A program made the translations under genes and the position numbers. The notes below the pieces were generated by a model. That model was not told where the DNA came from. It did no database searches and saw only the letters and a program-made list of their open reading frames with translations. A DNA stretch of 64,000 nucleotides, from contig NC_068997.1 of NCBI RefSeq assembly GCF_001194135.2, positions 47,092,597 through 47,156,596 on the forward strand. The letters are read 5' to 3'. Shown piece after piece: positions 23,187 to 36,589 of the stretch (its first letter is position 1; every line of letters starts with the position of its first letter). This DNA comes from Octopus bimaculoides. Its lineage: Eukaryota.

Positions 23187-23667
23187 GTTTAACACTTCCA
23201 ATACACGAAGAAGAAGAAAAAGCAGTTGACATTAGCGTGATTCGATCACGGTAAGTCACGAGCACGCTGATTGATGGATGTGGATAAAATTAATACTTTT
23301 CTTTAAATACTTGCATTGGANNNNNNNNNNNNNNNNNNNNNNNNNNNNNNNNNNNNNNNNNNNNNNNNNNNNNNNNNNNNNNNNNNNNNNNNNNNNNNNN
23401 NNNNNNNNNNNNNNNNNNNNNNNNNNNNNNNNNNNNNNNNNNNNNNNNNNNNNNNNNNNNNNNNNNNNNNNNNNNNNNNNNNNNNNNNNNNNNNNNNNNN
23501 NNNNNNNNNNNNNNNNNNNNNNNNNNNNNNNNNNNNNNNNNNNNNNNNNNNNNNNNNNNNNNNNNNNNNNNNNNNNNNNNNNNNNNNNNNNNNNNNNNNN
23601 NNNNNNNNNNNNNNNNNNNNNNNNNNNNNNNNNNNNNNNNNNNNNNNNNNNNNNNNNNNNNNNNNNN

Positions 23668-23700
<33 letters not shown>

Positions 23701-23891
23701 TACATATATATATATATACTTTAGTTATATCTTAATGTATATGTGTGTGTGTGTGTGCATTGAAAAATACATACATGAGTATATGAAGATAGATAGATAG
23801 ATCGATAGTTTGATAGATAGATATACATACCTACATGTGTATATATACATATATATATATATGCGTAAATTGATATGTGTATATATTTATG

Positions 23892-23922
<31 letters not shown>

Positions 23923-24376
23923 ATGTATACATAAGTACATATATAGATACATATATATCTTGGTATAAACACAAAAATACACTTATATACGCACGCACAC
24001 ACACAATACATAGAATATACAGACGAATACAGATGCGCACAAATACAAACACATAACATACACACATAACACGCACAAACTCACACACATACACACACAA
24101 ACGCACGCAGTGTTAACATGCTTATATCGATGCTATCAGCCTGGTAAAGTAAATCTGTTGAAGATTTAATCATCCTACACAAATGGCAATCGGAATTTTT
24201 ATGACATTTCATTGAAAAGCAATCAAAGATATCCTGAAATATTCCTAGCTTGGCATTTGTGTTCTTATGAAATCATTATTAAAGACTTCACACAGCGTTC
24301 AGGTTAGGTGGGTATATGTGTACGAGGATGGATAGATGGATGTACATACATACATACATTCATATATATATATATA

Positions 24377-24422
<46 letters not shown>

Positions 24423-24801
24423 GGGGGGGGCAATGATCTGTCTTTCCACGTCGAATTCAGGTAGGTGCATAAACTGTTTGTGCTTTTTGCATATTTATTT
24501 ATATTAGTAAAAATGGACAAGAGTATTATGTATAGCTAAACTTAGACGCATATATATTGTATGTATGTATATGTGTATATATGCATGTATAGAATCGTAT
24601 AATATGCATAAGTACTCATACGCATGCGCCCATACATAAACATACATTGTGTGTGTGTTTATATGTATGTACATGCATACATAATCGGACTCATAATCCT
24701 GAATGCAGCACATCCATGTGTGTATGATTGCATGATTATGTGTGCATGTATGCACGATATGTGTATAAGTATATGTATTTCTGCGTTAGAGTGCATACAA
24801 G

Positions 24802-24833
<32 letters not shown>

Positions 24834-25084
24834 ATATATGTATATGTAGATATGCAGACATTATGTTTTTTTATCGAACCTAGTTTTATGCATATATACT
24901 GGAAATTATAAACATCATTATATCTAGCAATATAACTATGTGTTATTTTATTTAGATATGATGGAGGATGAATAAATATATAAATCATGAAATATTCAAG
25001 GTAACTGACACACATTACGAAATATGGTAATAATTATTTCTATGGTTCGCTCTATCCTTTGTGTATTTATATGTAAGAAAAAGT

Positions 25085-26400
25085 TTGTAGATAGCGCTGA
25101 GTAAATGGAGGCAGAGTGGTTTGAAGTTGTGGGGTTGGCGTGTGGTTGTCGTGGTTGGAGTTTAGGAAGATAAAGGCTGGTGGTTGTTAGTTTGATGTTG
25201 ATAGATGAGTGTTGGTGGGTGAAGGCTAGAGGATAGAGGCTGGAGGTCGGGGATTTTAATGGTTGTGTATTGGTGGGTGGAGGCTAGAAGATAGCGGCTG
25301 GAGGTTGGAGGTTGGAGGTCGGAGATTTTAAAGGTTGCGTGGTGGAGGTTGGTGCCTAGAGGCTTGGAGAATGATGTTCGGAGTTTGATAGTTAGCTGTT
25401 AATTTTTGAGTGTTGACGGTTGGGGCTTAGGGGTCTTGGAAGTCGTGTGTTGTATATTGGAGGTTTGGAGGAAAACAATTAGGGCATAAGCAGTTTGTTG
25501 ATAGTTGAATGTTTGTAATTGGAGATTGGAAATTAGGAAGAACGCTTTGAGGATAAACGTTAGGTCAGCTGTTTTATTTTGATGGTTGAATGGGAGAGGC
25601 TGGAGGATGTGTGTTAGAGGTTGCAGTTTGGACGTTTGAAGGGAAAAGGTACGACGTTGAATGTTGGATGTTGGATGTGAACGGAAAGAAGTTGAAGGTA
25701 AGCGCTCAGATGTTCGATATTGACAGCGGGAGATTGTAGACTGACGTTTGGAGGCTAGAGGTTAAAAATTCAAGGTAGGAAATTGGACGTGAAGTGGATA
25801 AATTGAGAAGCTGGCGGTTGGATGCTAATGGTTAGATTGAAGGTTGAAAACAGGAAGCTGGAGGCTGGAGCTTGGAAATTGGTGACCGAATATTGAATGC
25901 TGGAGGCTGGATGCGGACGGTTGGTGATTTGTGGTTAGAAAGTCGTTGTTTAATGTTGGATGTTGGATGCTGGCGGATGGATGGTGGAGGTTAACCGTTT
26001 GCGGTTAGAAATTGACGTCTCGGGATCAAAGCTTGACAATTCGAGGCTAGAGGTTAGTGGCTGAAATTTAGAAGCTAACGTTAGAAGTTTGATGTTTGGG
26101 TTTAACAATTGAAAGATGATGGTTGGCAATCGGAGGGTAGCTGTTAGAGATGAGCTGTTTGATACTGGAGGTTGGAAATAATTGAGTGTTGGCGATTGGA
26201 AGTTATGGGCTGGAAATTGATGGTTAATGGTTGGAAGTGAAGATTAGAGGTTGGTAATTTAAGACTGAAACTGGGTGAATATAGGATAACGATTGAAGGT
26301 TGATGATTAAGTAAGGGATGTAGGCTGACCGTTGAAAAGAAGTAGTTTGATGTCGGTAGTTAGGGCTCAGAGGTTGGAATTTCACTGATTTTATGTTGTG
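25085..26400. repeat. Degenerate G/T-skewed heptamer satellite, consensus about TGGAGGT / TGGATGT
   Basis: ctggaggttggaggttggaggtcggag (~25298), tgaatgttggatgttggatgt (~25658), tgttggatgttggatgctgg (~25955). The strand is rich in G/T and poor in C. Confidence 0.7.
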
Positions 26401-28141
26401 CTTGTTTAGTTTGTTCACCTCCCATATGGAAAGCTACAGTTGTAGTTGACTGTAACGCCAGATAAAGTATCCAGAAAGCCTATGCTGAAAGCACTTCAAC
26501 TATGGCTTTGCTGTTATTTTTCAGGTGTAGTGTATCTAGGATTACATTAGTCAATGATTATATACTTATCCTTAGATTTACTCTTTGGTTTCACTTCACT
26601 GCAGTAAATGTTGCCAACTGGAAACTCGGTGTTATTGATACTGACATTTAATTTAACTAAAAGCAGATCCTTCATTGAGAGTTTTGAGGGGGGGGGTTAT
26701 AGAGATAACTAGGGGTTTCTGCATTAAGATTACCTTGGGGTGAATACCACAGTTAGAGCTCTTTATAATGTGAGGACGAACACTTACATACTTGCTTAAA
26801 CGATGTTACATAATGAAATGAGGGATTACGACCATTAATTCGTGAGTTCTTGAAGAGAAAGCTTTAAACACATATCATCCTACACATTATATTAAAGGTA
26901 TTACTTGACTCACCGTGCGTAATATACTCTATCATTATATGGAACCAAATGTATAAGTGTATCTAAGTAGGTATGAATGTATCTATCTACCAATATACAC
27001 ACACGCACGCACACGCACACATACACTCATATATATATATACACATACAAACATACATATGTGTGTGAACGTATATTTAATATACTGAATTTTTATATTG
27101 CGTAAGGACTATAAAAACATATTCATTGAATTTAAGAGCACAATTTTTAACATGTCGTTAAACTCCAATAAGTTATTACTTCAATGCAGTAACTATAAAT
27201 GCAATGAGATTGCATATAGATACATTGGCTAGAAAGGAATGTTCAGAACAAAATATTTAGAAGAACGTATAAAAGTAAGGATTTCACTGAGGTTTATTAA
27301 TTTCATTCGAAGTCCTTCAGCTGTTTCTTGTGGTTGATATACACTTATGATCATTTATATAATTACATAATTGATTAATTTGAATGAGATGAATATACCA
27401 TCTCATCAGGAAATAAAATGGAAATATTAAAATCAGATTTTATTTCCTAATGTAACGGTTTGTTCATCATATTCAAATTAATTATGTATGATTTATATAT
27501 AATTACGTAATTATATGGATGACTGTGTAAAATATATGTACAACTCTGAACGAAGTTATGAAATATCAGTGGAATCTCTGCTCTTTATTGTTCTAAATAT
27601 GTACGCTAACGCGCGCATACATACATATACACACACACATACACGCACACACACTCACAAACACTCTTACAGACATGCATATAAAATCACAAAAATGCAT
27701 ACAGATGATGACAATTTGTTACATTCATACGATTAATGCCACGGGGAAAAAAATCCTTTTGGTGTGAGGTGACACCACCCTTCCAGTGCATCCATAAAAA
27801 TTTTAGCGCTGGTAAGTTGCATCAGTTCCTGCCTGTTACCCCTAGATGCGTTGTGTCCACTCGTTGGATTTTCGTTTTCACCATGATTCTTCAAGCTGTA
27901 GCACAGCAGAAAAAGCTTCCACATTTGTAATTGTTGAAGAGGAATTATGAACACAAAAATACAGCAAATCTTAGGTAGATTTGCAATGGCTGAAAGCATT
28001 GTCCCTTCTCTAAGACAAAAACGATAAAAACCACATATATTCTCCCGCACGCACATAGACAACCTTTACATACACATAAACACATGCACACACACACATA
28101 CACATACATACATACATTCATATATACATACATAATATGCC

Positions 28142-28225
28142 TATGCTGAACTATTCAGAAATTTGCAATTACTCTATCCAGATTACAAGTATTGGCTTAT
28201 ACTTGTAATTATGAGATGAATGTCT
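28142..28225 (+). mobile_element. Possible tiny remnant of a restriction-like-endonuclease non-LTR retrotransposon C-terminus
   Basis: Translates YAELFRNLQLLYPDYKYWLILVIM, reminiscent of Y..L.RNLQ.LYP.Y.F..IP.I.G near RLE domains. Short and based on recollection only. Confidence 0.35.
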
Positions 28226-29771
28226 TTCTAAACAAATTCACTCGTTCATTTCTAGGCGAGCGATAAAACTTGTTAGCATAACAAATAATTAAATAAACAA
28301 ATAAATAAAGAGAAAGACCATTTTCCCCCAGCCCCCGGATCTCCGCTGATATATATAACCTTTCTATTTTATATGCAGTGACCTATGCTTAAATGACCTT
28401 TCCATTATTNNNNNNNNNNNNNNNNNNNNNNNNNNNNNNNNNNNNNNNNNNNNNNNNNNNNNNNNNNNNNNNNNNNNNNNNNNNNNNNNNNNNNNNNNNN
28501 NNNNNNNNNNNNNNNNNNNNNNNNNNNNNNNNNNNNNNNNNNNNNNNNNNNNNNNNNNNNNNNNNNNNNNNNNNNNNNNNNNNNNNNNNNNNNNNNNNNN
28601 NNNNNNNNNNNNNNNNNNNNNNNNNNNNNNNNNNNNNNNNNNNNNNNNNNNNNNNNNNNNNNNNNNNNNNNNNNNNNNNNNNNNNNNNNNNNNNNNNNNN
28701 NNNNNNNNNNNNNNNNNNNNNNNNNNNNNNNNNNNNNNNNNNNNNNNNNNNNNNNNNNNNNNNNNNNNNNNNNNNNNNNNNNNNNNNNNNNNNNNNNNNN
28801 NNNNNNNNNNNNNNNNNNNNNNNNNNNNNNNNNNNNNNNNNNNNNNNNNNNNNNNNNNNNNNNNNNNNNNNNNNNNNNNNNNNNNNNNNNNNNNNNNNNN
28901 NNNNNNNNNNNNNNNNNNNNNNNNNNNNNNNNNNNNNNNNNNNNNNNNNNNNNNNNNNNNNNNNNNNNNNNNNNNNNNNNNNNNNNNNNNNNNNNNNNNN
29001 NNNNNNNNNNNNNNNNNNNNNNNNNNNNNNNNNNNNNNNNNNNNNNNNNNNNNNNNNNNNNNNNNNNNNNNNNNNNNNNNNNNNNNNNNNNNNNNNNNNN
29101 NNNNNNNNNNNNNNNNNNNNNNNNNNNNNNNNNNNNNNNNNNNNNNNNNNNNNNNNNNNNNNNNNNNNNNNNNNNNNNNNNNNNNNNNNNNNNNNNNNNN
29201 NNNNNNNNNNNNNNNNNNNNNNNNNNNNNNNNNNNNNNNNNNNNNNNNNNNNNNNNNNNNNNNNNNNNNAACCTTTCTATTTTATATGCAGTGACCTATG
29301 CTTAAATGACCTTTCCATTATTACAATATAGATTCTGTTAAATATGGAATAAACATGTTTTATTTTACAGATGAAAATTCAATAAAAATCTGCCATTGTA
29401 TGATTCATTGAAAGCAGGTCGGGTTTGGCTTGTCGAGTGTGTGGGATTTGTTTTCTAGGAGTTTGGAGGTGTCAGAAGTGGTTTTATTTCTTCTTCTTTA
29501 TATATAATTTTTTAATTTTTGTTTGAATAAGGGTGTGTAGTGAAATTAATGAGACTCAAAGGATGATTAAATCCCATCGCTTTTAACTTACAAATCACTA
29601 ATATATTGTACTTATATATATGCATACATACATACGTAAAAATACATATATATGAGCATGCTTAGATATGCAACTACATGCATGAGAATGCATACATACA
29701 TACGAAGATACCTAGATATGCAACTATATGCATGGAAAAGTATACATAAAACAAATCATACTTATCTGCAC

Positions 29772-29851
<80 letters not shown>

Positions 29852-29861
29852 ATGTGTTTGC

Positions 29862-30060
29862 ATGTCTGTGTTTGTCCCCCCAACATCGCTTGACAACCGA
29901 TGCTGGTGTGTTTATGTCCCCGTAACATTAGCGGTTCGGCAAAAGAGACCGAAAGAATAAGTACTAGGCTTCCAAAGAATAAGTCCTGGGGTCGATTTGC
30001 TCGACTAAAGGCGGTGCTCCAGCATGGCCACAGTCAAAAGACTGAAACAAGTAAAAGAGT
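29862..30060 (+). mobile_element. SINE family B 3' half preceded by (TA)n(TG)n
   Basis: ccccccaacatcgcttgacaaccgatgctggtgtgtttatgtccccgtaac..agcggttcggcaaaagagaccg...ggcggtgctccagcatggcc...gactgaaacaagtaaaagag. Confidence 0.9.
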
Positions 30061-30162
30061 ATATATATATATATATATATACATGCATGCGTGATTACGT
30101 ACCAGCATATATACACGCAATGCACGCATATGTAAACGCATATGCTCTTATTCTTCTACTAG

Positions 30163-30615
30163 TTTAATCGAACTCGGAATCTTGCGGTTAGTAACCCGCG
30201 CTCTTAATCACTACGCTATATGCCCGTGGGCAATTATGAACTGAATTTTAGGGCTTATAAATCTAATATTTTCCTATCCTTCCTTAATACTGGTTCCCGT
30301 ATGCTATTCATATCTGCACTCGGTCTGCTTAGGAGGTTGTTGTGTCCTAGCACATTTGCTGCTTCTTTTAGTTTTCGTATTTTCCAGTGGTGTTCTCTGT
30401 CTATTATTTTAACTTCATCCCACAAGGGAAGGTGGTCTCCATTTTTCCATTCATGATCAGCTATGCCCAATTTATCAATATTTCCTCGTGTCACAGCTTT
30501 GCGATGTTCCTCTACTCTTATTTTGAGGGGGCGACATGTTTCGCCTTTGTATAGCCTACTACAGCTGCATGGGATGGATTATATGCAGTTTTTGGTCATA
30601 ATCTCTTCTATGTGT
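30163..30615 (-). mobile_element. Penelope-like element fragment: GIY-YIG endonuclease C-terminus plus a downstream tRNA-like module
   Basis: Minus frame KNCI*SIPCSCSRLYKGETCRPLKIRVEEHRK...GIADHEWKNGDHLPLWDEVKIIDREHHWKIRKLKEA, with stop at 30255-30257. The pattern matches PLE GIY-YIG domains (VYxIPC..YIGETxRxLxxRxxEH). Confidence 0.85.
30165..30226 (-). promoter_or_regulatory. tRNA-like Pol III A-box/B-box module
   Basis: Reverse complement gggcataTAGCGTAGTGATTAAgagcgcgggttactaaccgcaagattccGAGTTCGATT; truncated after the B-box. Confidence 0.6.
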
Positions 30616-30680
30616 GTGTGTGTTTCTTCTACACAAACAGACAGACAGACGCCCCCCCCCACACACACACACATATACAT

Positions 30681-31048
30681 GGAAAATACCGAAGAGAGGT
30701 AACTCTGCGCAGGTTTAAATCTGTAGTGTTAAATAAAATACAGTGAATACCATTGACTAGGTTGCACTGTTAGACTGGCCAGATATGTTGTTTTACCACA
30801 TCTTACTATAAGAGAATTTTTTTTTTCTCCGCACAAACTGCAGTGAATTTGCTTTTAAAGGTTGAAATGTATCACAAATATATTTTAACTAGCATAAAGT
30901 TCGTTTATGCCTAAACACTGCTTGACACTGCTACTGTTGAATTTCTTCAGATCTGGTTGTCTAATGGTGCAACCTGTCCAATGTTGTAAACTGTGTTTTA
31001 GTTACAACTACGGCTTTAACCAGAATTACATCTCTTCGGTATTCCTCG
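30681..31048. mobile_element. MITE / foldback element with ~105-bp imperfect terminal inverted repeats
   Basis: aataccgaagagaggtaactctg...ggttgcactgttagac..ccagat (30684-30785) versus the reverse complement of atctggttgtctaatggtgcaacc...cagaattacatctcttcggtatt (30948-31044). Related pieces lie at 31165-31232 and 37195-37400. Confidence 0.75.
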
Positions 31049-31821
31049 TTGAAAATTGCTAGAGCTAGAAACGCTGCGTCTGGGAATTCGACAGAGGGTG
31101 ACATTGGGCACATATTGCCTTTTTACAGCTTTTGCCATAGAGTGAATTTCTTTCTCCATGGTAACTGCAGTGGATTCGCTTTAAAAATTTTGAAATATGT
31201 CACCAAACATATTTTAACTAACCTAAAGTTCGTATATATATATATGAGAGCCAACTCTGTAGCCTTCTGGAATAATACCTCTAGGCAAACTACACTGACA
31301 GGAAACCAAATGTACTTGTGATATGAAGTTAACTGTATTTTACTTTATACAAACGTATATGAAGAGAGAGAGACAGGGAGAGAGAGAGAGAGAGAGATAG
31401 AGAGAGGCAGAGAGATACATATATACATATATATATATACACTCATATAAATACACGACGTTATGGTTATAGTCATATTTATTCACCAAATACAGTAGAG
31501 TACACTATTTCCTAATTTATCATAAGGACAAACGGTTTCTTATTATTAATACGTTGCTATGTGATACGACGATACATCATTATATTCTAACTCACAATTA
31601 CTAACCTTGTACTTTGTTTAAAAATGTTTGGTATTTTCAATTTGCAGATTATTCAAACTATTTAGACAAACAATAATTATCTAAAGATTATAAATAATTG
31701 TCTCAATCGATAACAATCAAACATATTTTTCCTTGGCTTCCACTAAATATATATATTAAAAAATGTTTATATATTCATGTTTTCTATTACGCTCCCCGAT
31801 GAGAGAATGTTTGAATGGCTA

Positions 31822-31871
<50 letters not shown>

Positions 31872-32094
31872 CACGCACACACACACACATATATACGCAT
31901 AAATGTATTTATGTGTGTGTGTGTATATATATATATGTATGTATATATATATATGTATATACATGGTATATAATCATAGATATATGTCTATAATTGTATA
32001 TACATATGAAAAATTGTATACAAACATACATATGCATGCATATATATATGTGTGTGTGTATGCATGTGTGTATATATATATGTGTGTGTGTGTG

Positions 32095-32147
32095 TGTATA
32101 TATTATAAATATAAATACATATATATATGTATGTATATATATTATAA

Positions 32148-32188
<41 letters not shown>

Positions 32189-32205
32189 ATATAAATATAT
32201 ATATC

Positions 32206-32237
<32 letters not shown>

Positions 32238-32256
32238 ATATAAATATATATATATC

Positions 32257-32288
<32 letters not shown>

Positions 32289-32300
32289 ATATAAATATAT
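32095..32300. repeat. AT-only minisatellite built on tattataaatataaata(ta)n
   Basis: The unit recurs at about 32101, 32140, 32181, 32230 and 32281. Confidence 0.85.
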
Positions 32301-32331
32301 NNNNNNNNNNNNNNNNNNNNNNNNNNNNNNN

Positions 32332-32381
<50 letters not shown>

Positions 32382-32865
32382 GTACAAGGAGAAAATAAAA
32401 GAGGCAGTGAAAGACAAAGGGACAACAGAGGGAGAGATTGAGAGAGAGAGAGGCGTATCTGTTTTATTCCTTGTTTATCAAACTCTATTAGTGCTCCTTT
32501 GAACTAAATTTAATATTTGTATCTTTAAAGTAGTTATTTGCTCCGATTTCCTTTTTTTTCTCTTTTCTTAAATTTTATCTCAGATATACCAAAACAATGA
32601 TCAACAATACTTGAGACGCAGTGTGTAGCCTTAGAAATGCTCATTTACTTTTCTTTCATATTACATTCACAAGCATTCATACAAATATACGCATCAACAT
32701 ATACTCATCATCTCATAAATACTTAACACATAAAATTGTTTTAAAAGTGTGTAACTACGTATAAATGTGTGCAAATGTGTATATGTGTGTATGTATGTGT
32801 AAGTGTGTGTGTGCATGTATGTGTATGTATGTAAATATATATAAGTACGTACTTATATAATTATG

Positions 32866-32928
<63 letters not shown>

Positions 32929-33583
32929 GAGTGCTTATATACATATATATATAGATACATACATACATACACTATTTTACAATTTAAGTATGAAAAAATG
33001 GCTTGTTAAATGGACTTTACAATGTAAAAATAGGAGTATATCTTAAGACAGTATCGAATCTGGAAGTGAAGATTTCAAATATAAGTCTTGTAGTTGAAAT
33101 TGTACAAACTCNNNNNNNNNNNNNNNNNNNNNNNNNNNNNNNNNNNNNNNNNNNNNNNNNNNNNNNNNNNNNNNNNNNNNNNNNNNGGGAGGGAGGGACA
33201 GAGAGAGGGGAAGAGTGTGTGTGAGTTTGTGTTTCCATATCTATTATTCCTTTTCCTGTCTCTCTTTTGTAAGAGAGGCTATTGAACAATCTAAGATTTC
33301 GTTTGCCGTCCAGCTTTGAAAATAACGTTTATCTTTGGTGCGTTCTATATGTAAATTAGGGAAACTATCTCCCACGGCACGTAGTGGTCTCTTTCAGTTC
33401 ACACAAATTGCTAGAAATAACTGAGTAATCGTCCTCAAACCACATCCGACAGTTATAAATATGTGCAAACTACTTAATATAATGTAATCCTAGATATTGT
33501 TAAGCAGGATGGATGGTCACAGTTAGACTGCCTTTCCTTAAAGGTCTTATTGATCAGGGTATTACCTAGAATAAAATAATCAT

Positions 33584-33794
33584 TTCTACAAAAGGCTCAA
33601 GGCCTGAAATTTGAAGGGAGGGAGATAGGTGATAACACCGACCCCAGTACTCAACTGGTACTTATTTTATCGACCCCGAAAGGATAAAAAAGCAAAGTCG
33701 ACCTCTGCGGAATTTGAACTCGTAACGTGAAGACGGGCGAAATACCGCCAAACATTTCGCTCGGGGTGCTAAGGATTCTGCCAGCTCGCCGCCC
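33584..33794 (-). mobile_element. Full-length family A SINE
   Basis: Runs from the tail (ttctac..ggctcaaggcc) through the central domain and B-box to the head ctgccagctcgccgcc. Confidence 0.92.
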
Positions 33795-33949
33795 AATAAT
33801 ATCAATTACAGCAACAACAACAACAACAAAACCTCTGCTTCGTGAAGGAGACGTGATAATTACTAAACGAACCAAATAGGAGAAGACTTTATGTGATCAT
33901 TTCAGGCCGCCTGTCATCTTTGAAAATGTGCGACACATTAGCCGGGTTC

Positions 33950-34250
33950 TCCGTCGGTGAAGACGATGTGCGTGCCAGTTGATCTAATCAAGTGTAAAAT
34001 TAACATGTAAGTGGCTGAGCACTCGACAAACACGCGTACCCATAACATAGTTCTCAGGGAGGATCAGCGTGACAAAGAATGTGGCAAGGGTGGCCTTTTG
34101 AATTACAGGTACTACTCAGTTTTGCCAGTTGAATGGACTGGAGCGAAATGGAGTACCTTACTCAAGGAAACAACGCGTCGCTGGGAAACGAACGTACGAC
34201 CTAACGATCGTGAAAAGAATACACTAACCACCAAGCCAAGCTCTTTTACA
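33950..34250 (-). mobile_element. SINE family C (tRNA head plus V/CORE-like segment)
   Basis: Reverse complement: ttggcttggtggttagtgtattc..tcacgatcg...gcgttgtttccttgagtaagg...gctccagtccattcaactg. Confidence 0.75.
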
Positions 34251-34637
34251 TGGCACTTTAGAATCAAAACGTATACAAAGGGTGGTCATGGCAAGAATGT
34301 TTTTAACCGGAGGTCCCCTGGATCAAGTGTGACCCTGGGTTAAATAGCAAAAATACTTCTGCCTATTGAGCGAATGAAAGTGTGTTTCCCTGTGTAGTTG
34401 GTGGGCTTGCTAGAAATAGGAGCTAGATTACCCTTCTCTAAGTCTCAAATGAAGGACAGAAATATTAAATAAAATATGATGCAAGATACAATGTCTGGAG
34501 GCTGATAGGCACTTGACCATGGTTCTATCAGGATTGAGGTGTACTGGAAGTTCGACTGCAGCAAAAGCGACTACGTTGACAACAACAACAAATGTAACAG
34601 CTAATATATTTAGATAGGAACAAACACAAAGACACGC

Positions 34638-34716
<79 letters not shown>

Positions 34717-34725
34717 CATACTTAT

Positions 34726-34769
<44 letters not shown>

Positions 34770-35067
34770 GGGTAAACATTATTAAAATTAATTACCAGTG
34801 GAAAAATAGATGTCAAAAGACATAAAATATTTGTTTATAAGAGAGTATAAATAGACGAAGAGAAAAAACCATCGATAGGACTTCTTACATACTGGCAAGG
34901 GCAGTTACAACCCAAACCCCGAAAAGAAATTAAGTAAATTGACTTAATTTTTATTCATTCTAGTGCCCACAAGCAACGTGCCCTAAGAATTTATTTTCGT
35001 GGTTTGTGTTGTAACTGCCCTTTCCAGCATGTAAAAAGTCCTATCGATGGTCTCTTGTTCATGTATT

Positions 35068-35188
35068 TATCCACGACGGGTTTCTGTCTACCATATCCAC
35101 TCACAAGGCGTTGGTCGGCCCGGAGTTATAAGAGGAGCCAATTGCCCAAGATGTTACCCAGTGGGACTGTACACGGAACGATATGTTT
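35068..35188 (-). mobile_element. SINE family B 5' half, diverged
   Basis: acgacgggttt..tctaccatatccactcacaaggcgttggtcggcccgg...tgcccaag...cagtgggactg. Confidence 0.85.
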
Positions 35189-36589
35189 CCTGCGTCTATG
35201 TGTAATTATTTTGTTTTAGACTTGGCCTTGCGATTGTCTGGTAGCATCTCGTACAAATATCAAGTATTTAAGAATGTTTGGCCAGTATACTAACATATAA
35301 GTTTATATTCACCAGCCTTTAAACCCCCACTGCGTGTATATCTATTATGAGATAAGAATGAAAGGTTCTGCGCATGATTCTTCGTTGAGCCTTTCAGAAA
35401 GCTCGGAGCAAGATGCGTTAACCAGAGTCACGCTATAAGCAATATCAACAAATACGATATTCATAAGTATCTACAGCAAAAGACATTTACAAAACTGAGA
35501 CATTACATATCTTGTTCTACATATCTTCTATGAAAATATAAAGAAACATCGCAAAAGCATACTTCTGGACAACCTAAGCTAATATCTTATTCCAAACGTT
35601 ATGTATAATGTTTCACGCTTAAAAGCACAATGTGTATCTTAAGTTAAACATATGTATCCATTTAAATGCGTATCTACCTACCTACCTTCCTACATACCTA
35701 CCTATCTATTTGTCTCTCCGCCTATCTGTCTGTCTGTCTATCTATCTATCTCCCCTTTTCTTTCTCTCTTTATATACACGCACGCAGCACACACATATAA
35801 CTATCTACCTACCTGTCTGTCTATTTATCCACATATCTTCATTTAACAATCTGTTTTACTTCTTTCACTGCGTAAACGCACGCGTGCATACAGACACACA
35901 CACACGCACACACACACACACACACACACGCATGTTTATGTATGTAATTGACCCAATGCATTTTCATGCTACATCTTGTAATTTAAACCCAGGAATATCC
36001 CGCTCAATCTGAGATGGAACATGTAGACTAAGGCATGTTTTTAATTAGGTAATGTGATGCTTTGTAACTTTTGTACATCTAAAAGTACTGCAATGCTCCG
36101 CGATAAGATATCAACCTTCGCAAAACGCTCCGAGAAAACAATCTTCCAACGAACATTATAATCATGGAATCCCATCAATCTTTCCTATACACCCAAAGGA
36201 AATATTCTTTTCTACGCTAGACACAAGGCCCTAAATTTTGAGAGTGCTGTGTACTAAATCTATAAAACTGTGCATAAAATATATAAAGTGTATATATAAA
36301 GTACATTAAGTAATCATCGTATTCCAATTTCCTTCACTTTTCAAGGATTAGCAGGCACAACACAGGCTACGCTTTCAGGCTTTTTAGATAGTTTTTTTTC
36401 AGAAATAATCCAATAAGCTAACCAATAATTCCATGAAATATTCACGGGTCCCTCTTGTTATTATTAAAGCGGTGTGCTGGTGGAATCGTTAACATGTGGG
36501 GAAAAGATGCTTAGCGGCTTTTCGTCAGTCTTTGCATTCTGTGTTCAAATAAAAGAATAGAACATATATTTTCAAGCGTCGATTTTAAT

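Noticed and set aside
26803-26960. Two minus-strand mini-exon candidates around a GTGAGT donor
   Set aside because: The implied intron is only 55 nt, and the joined frames stop quickly.
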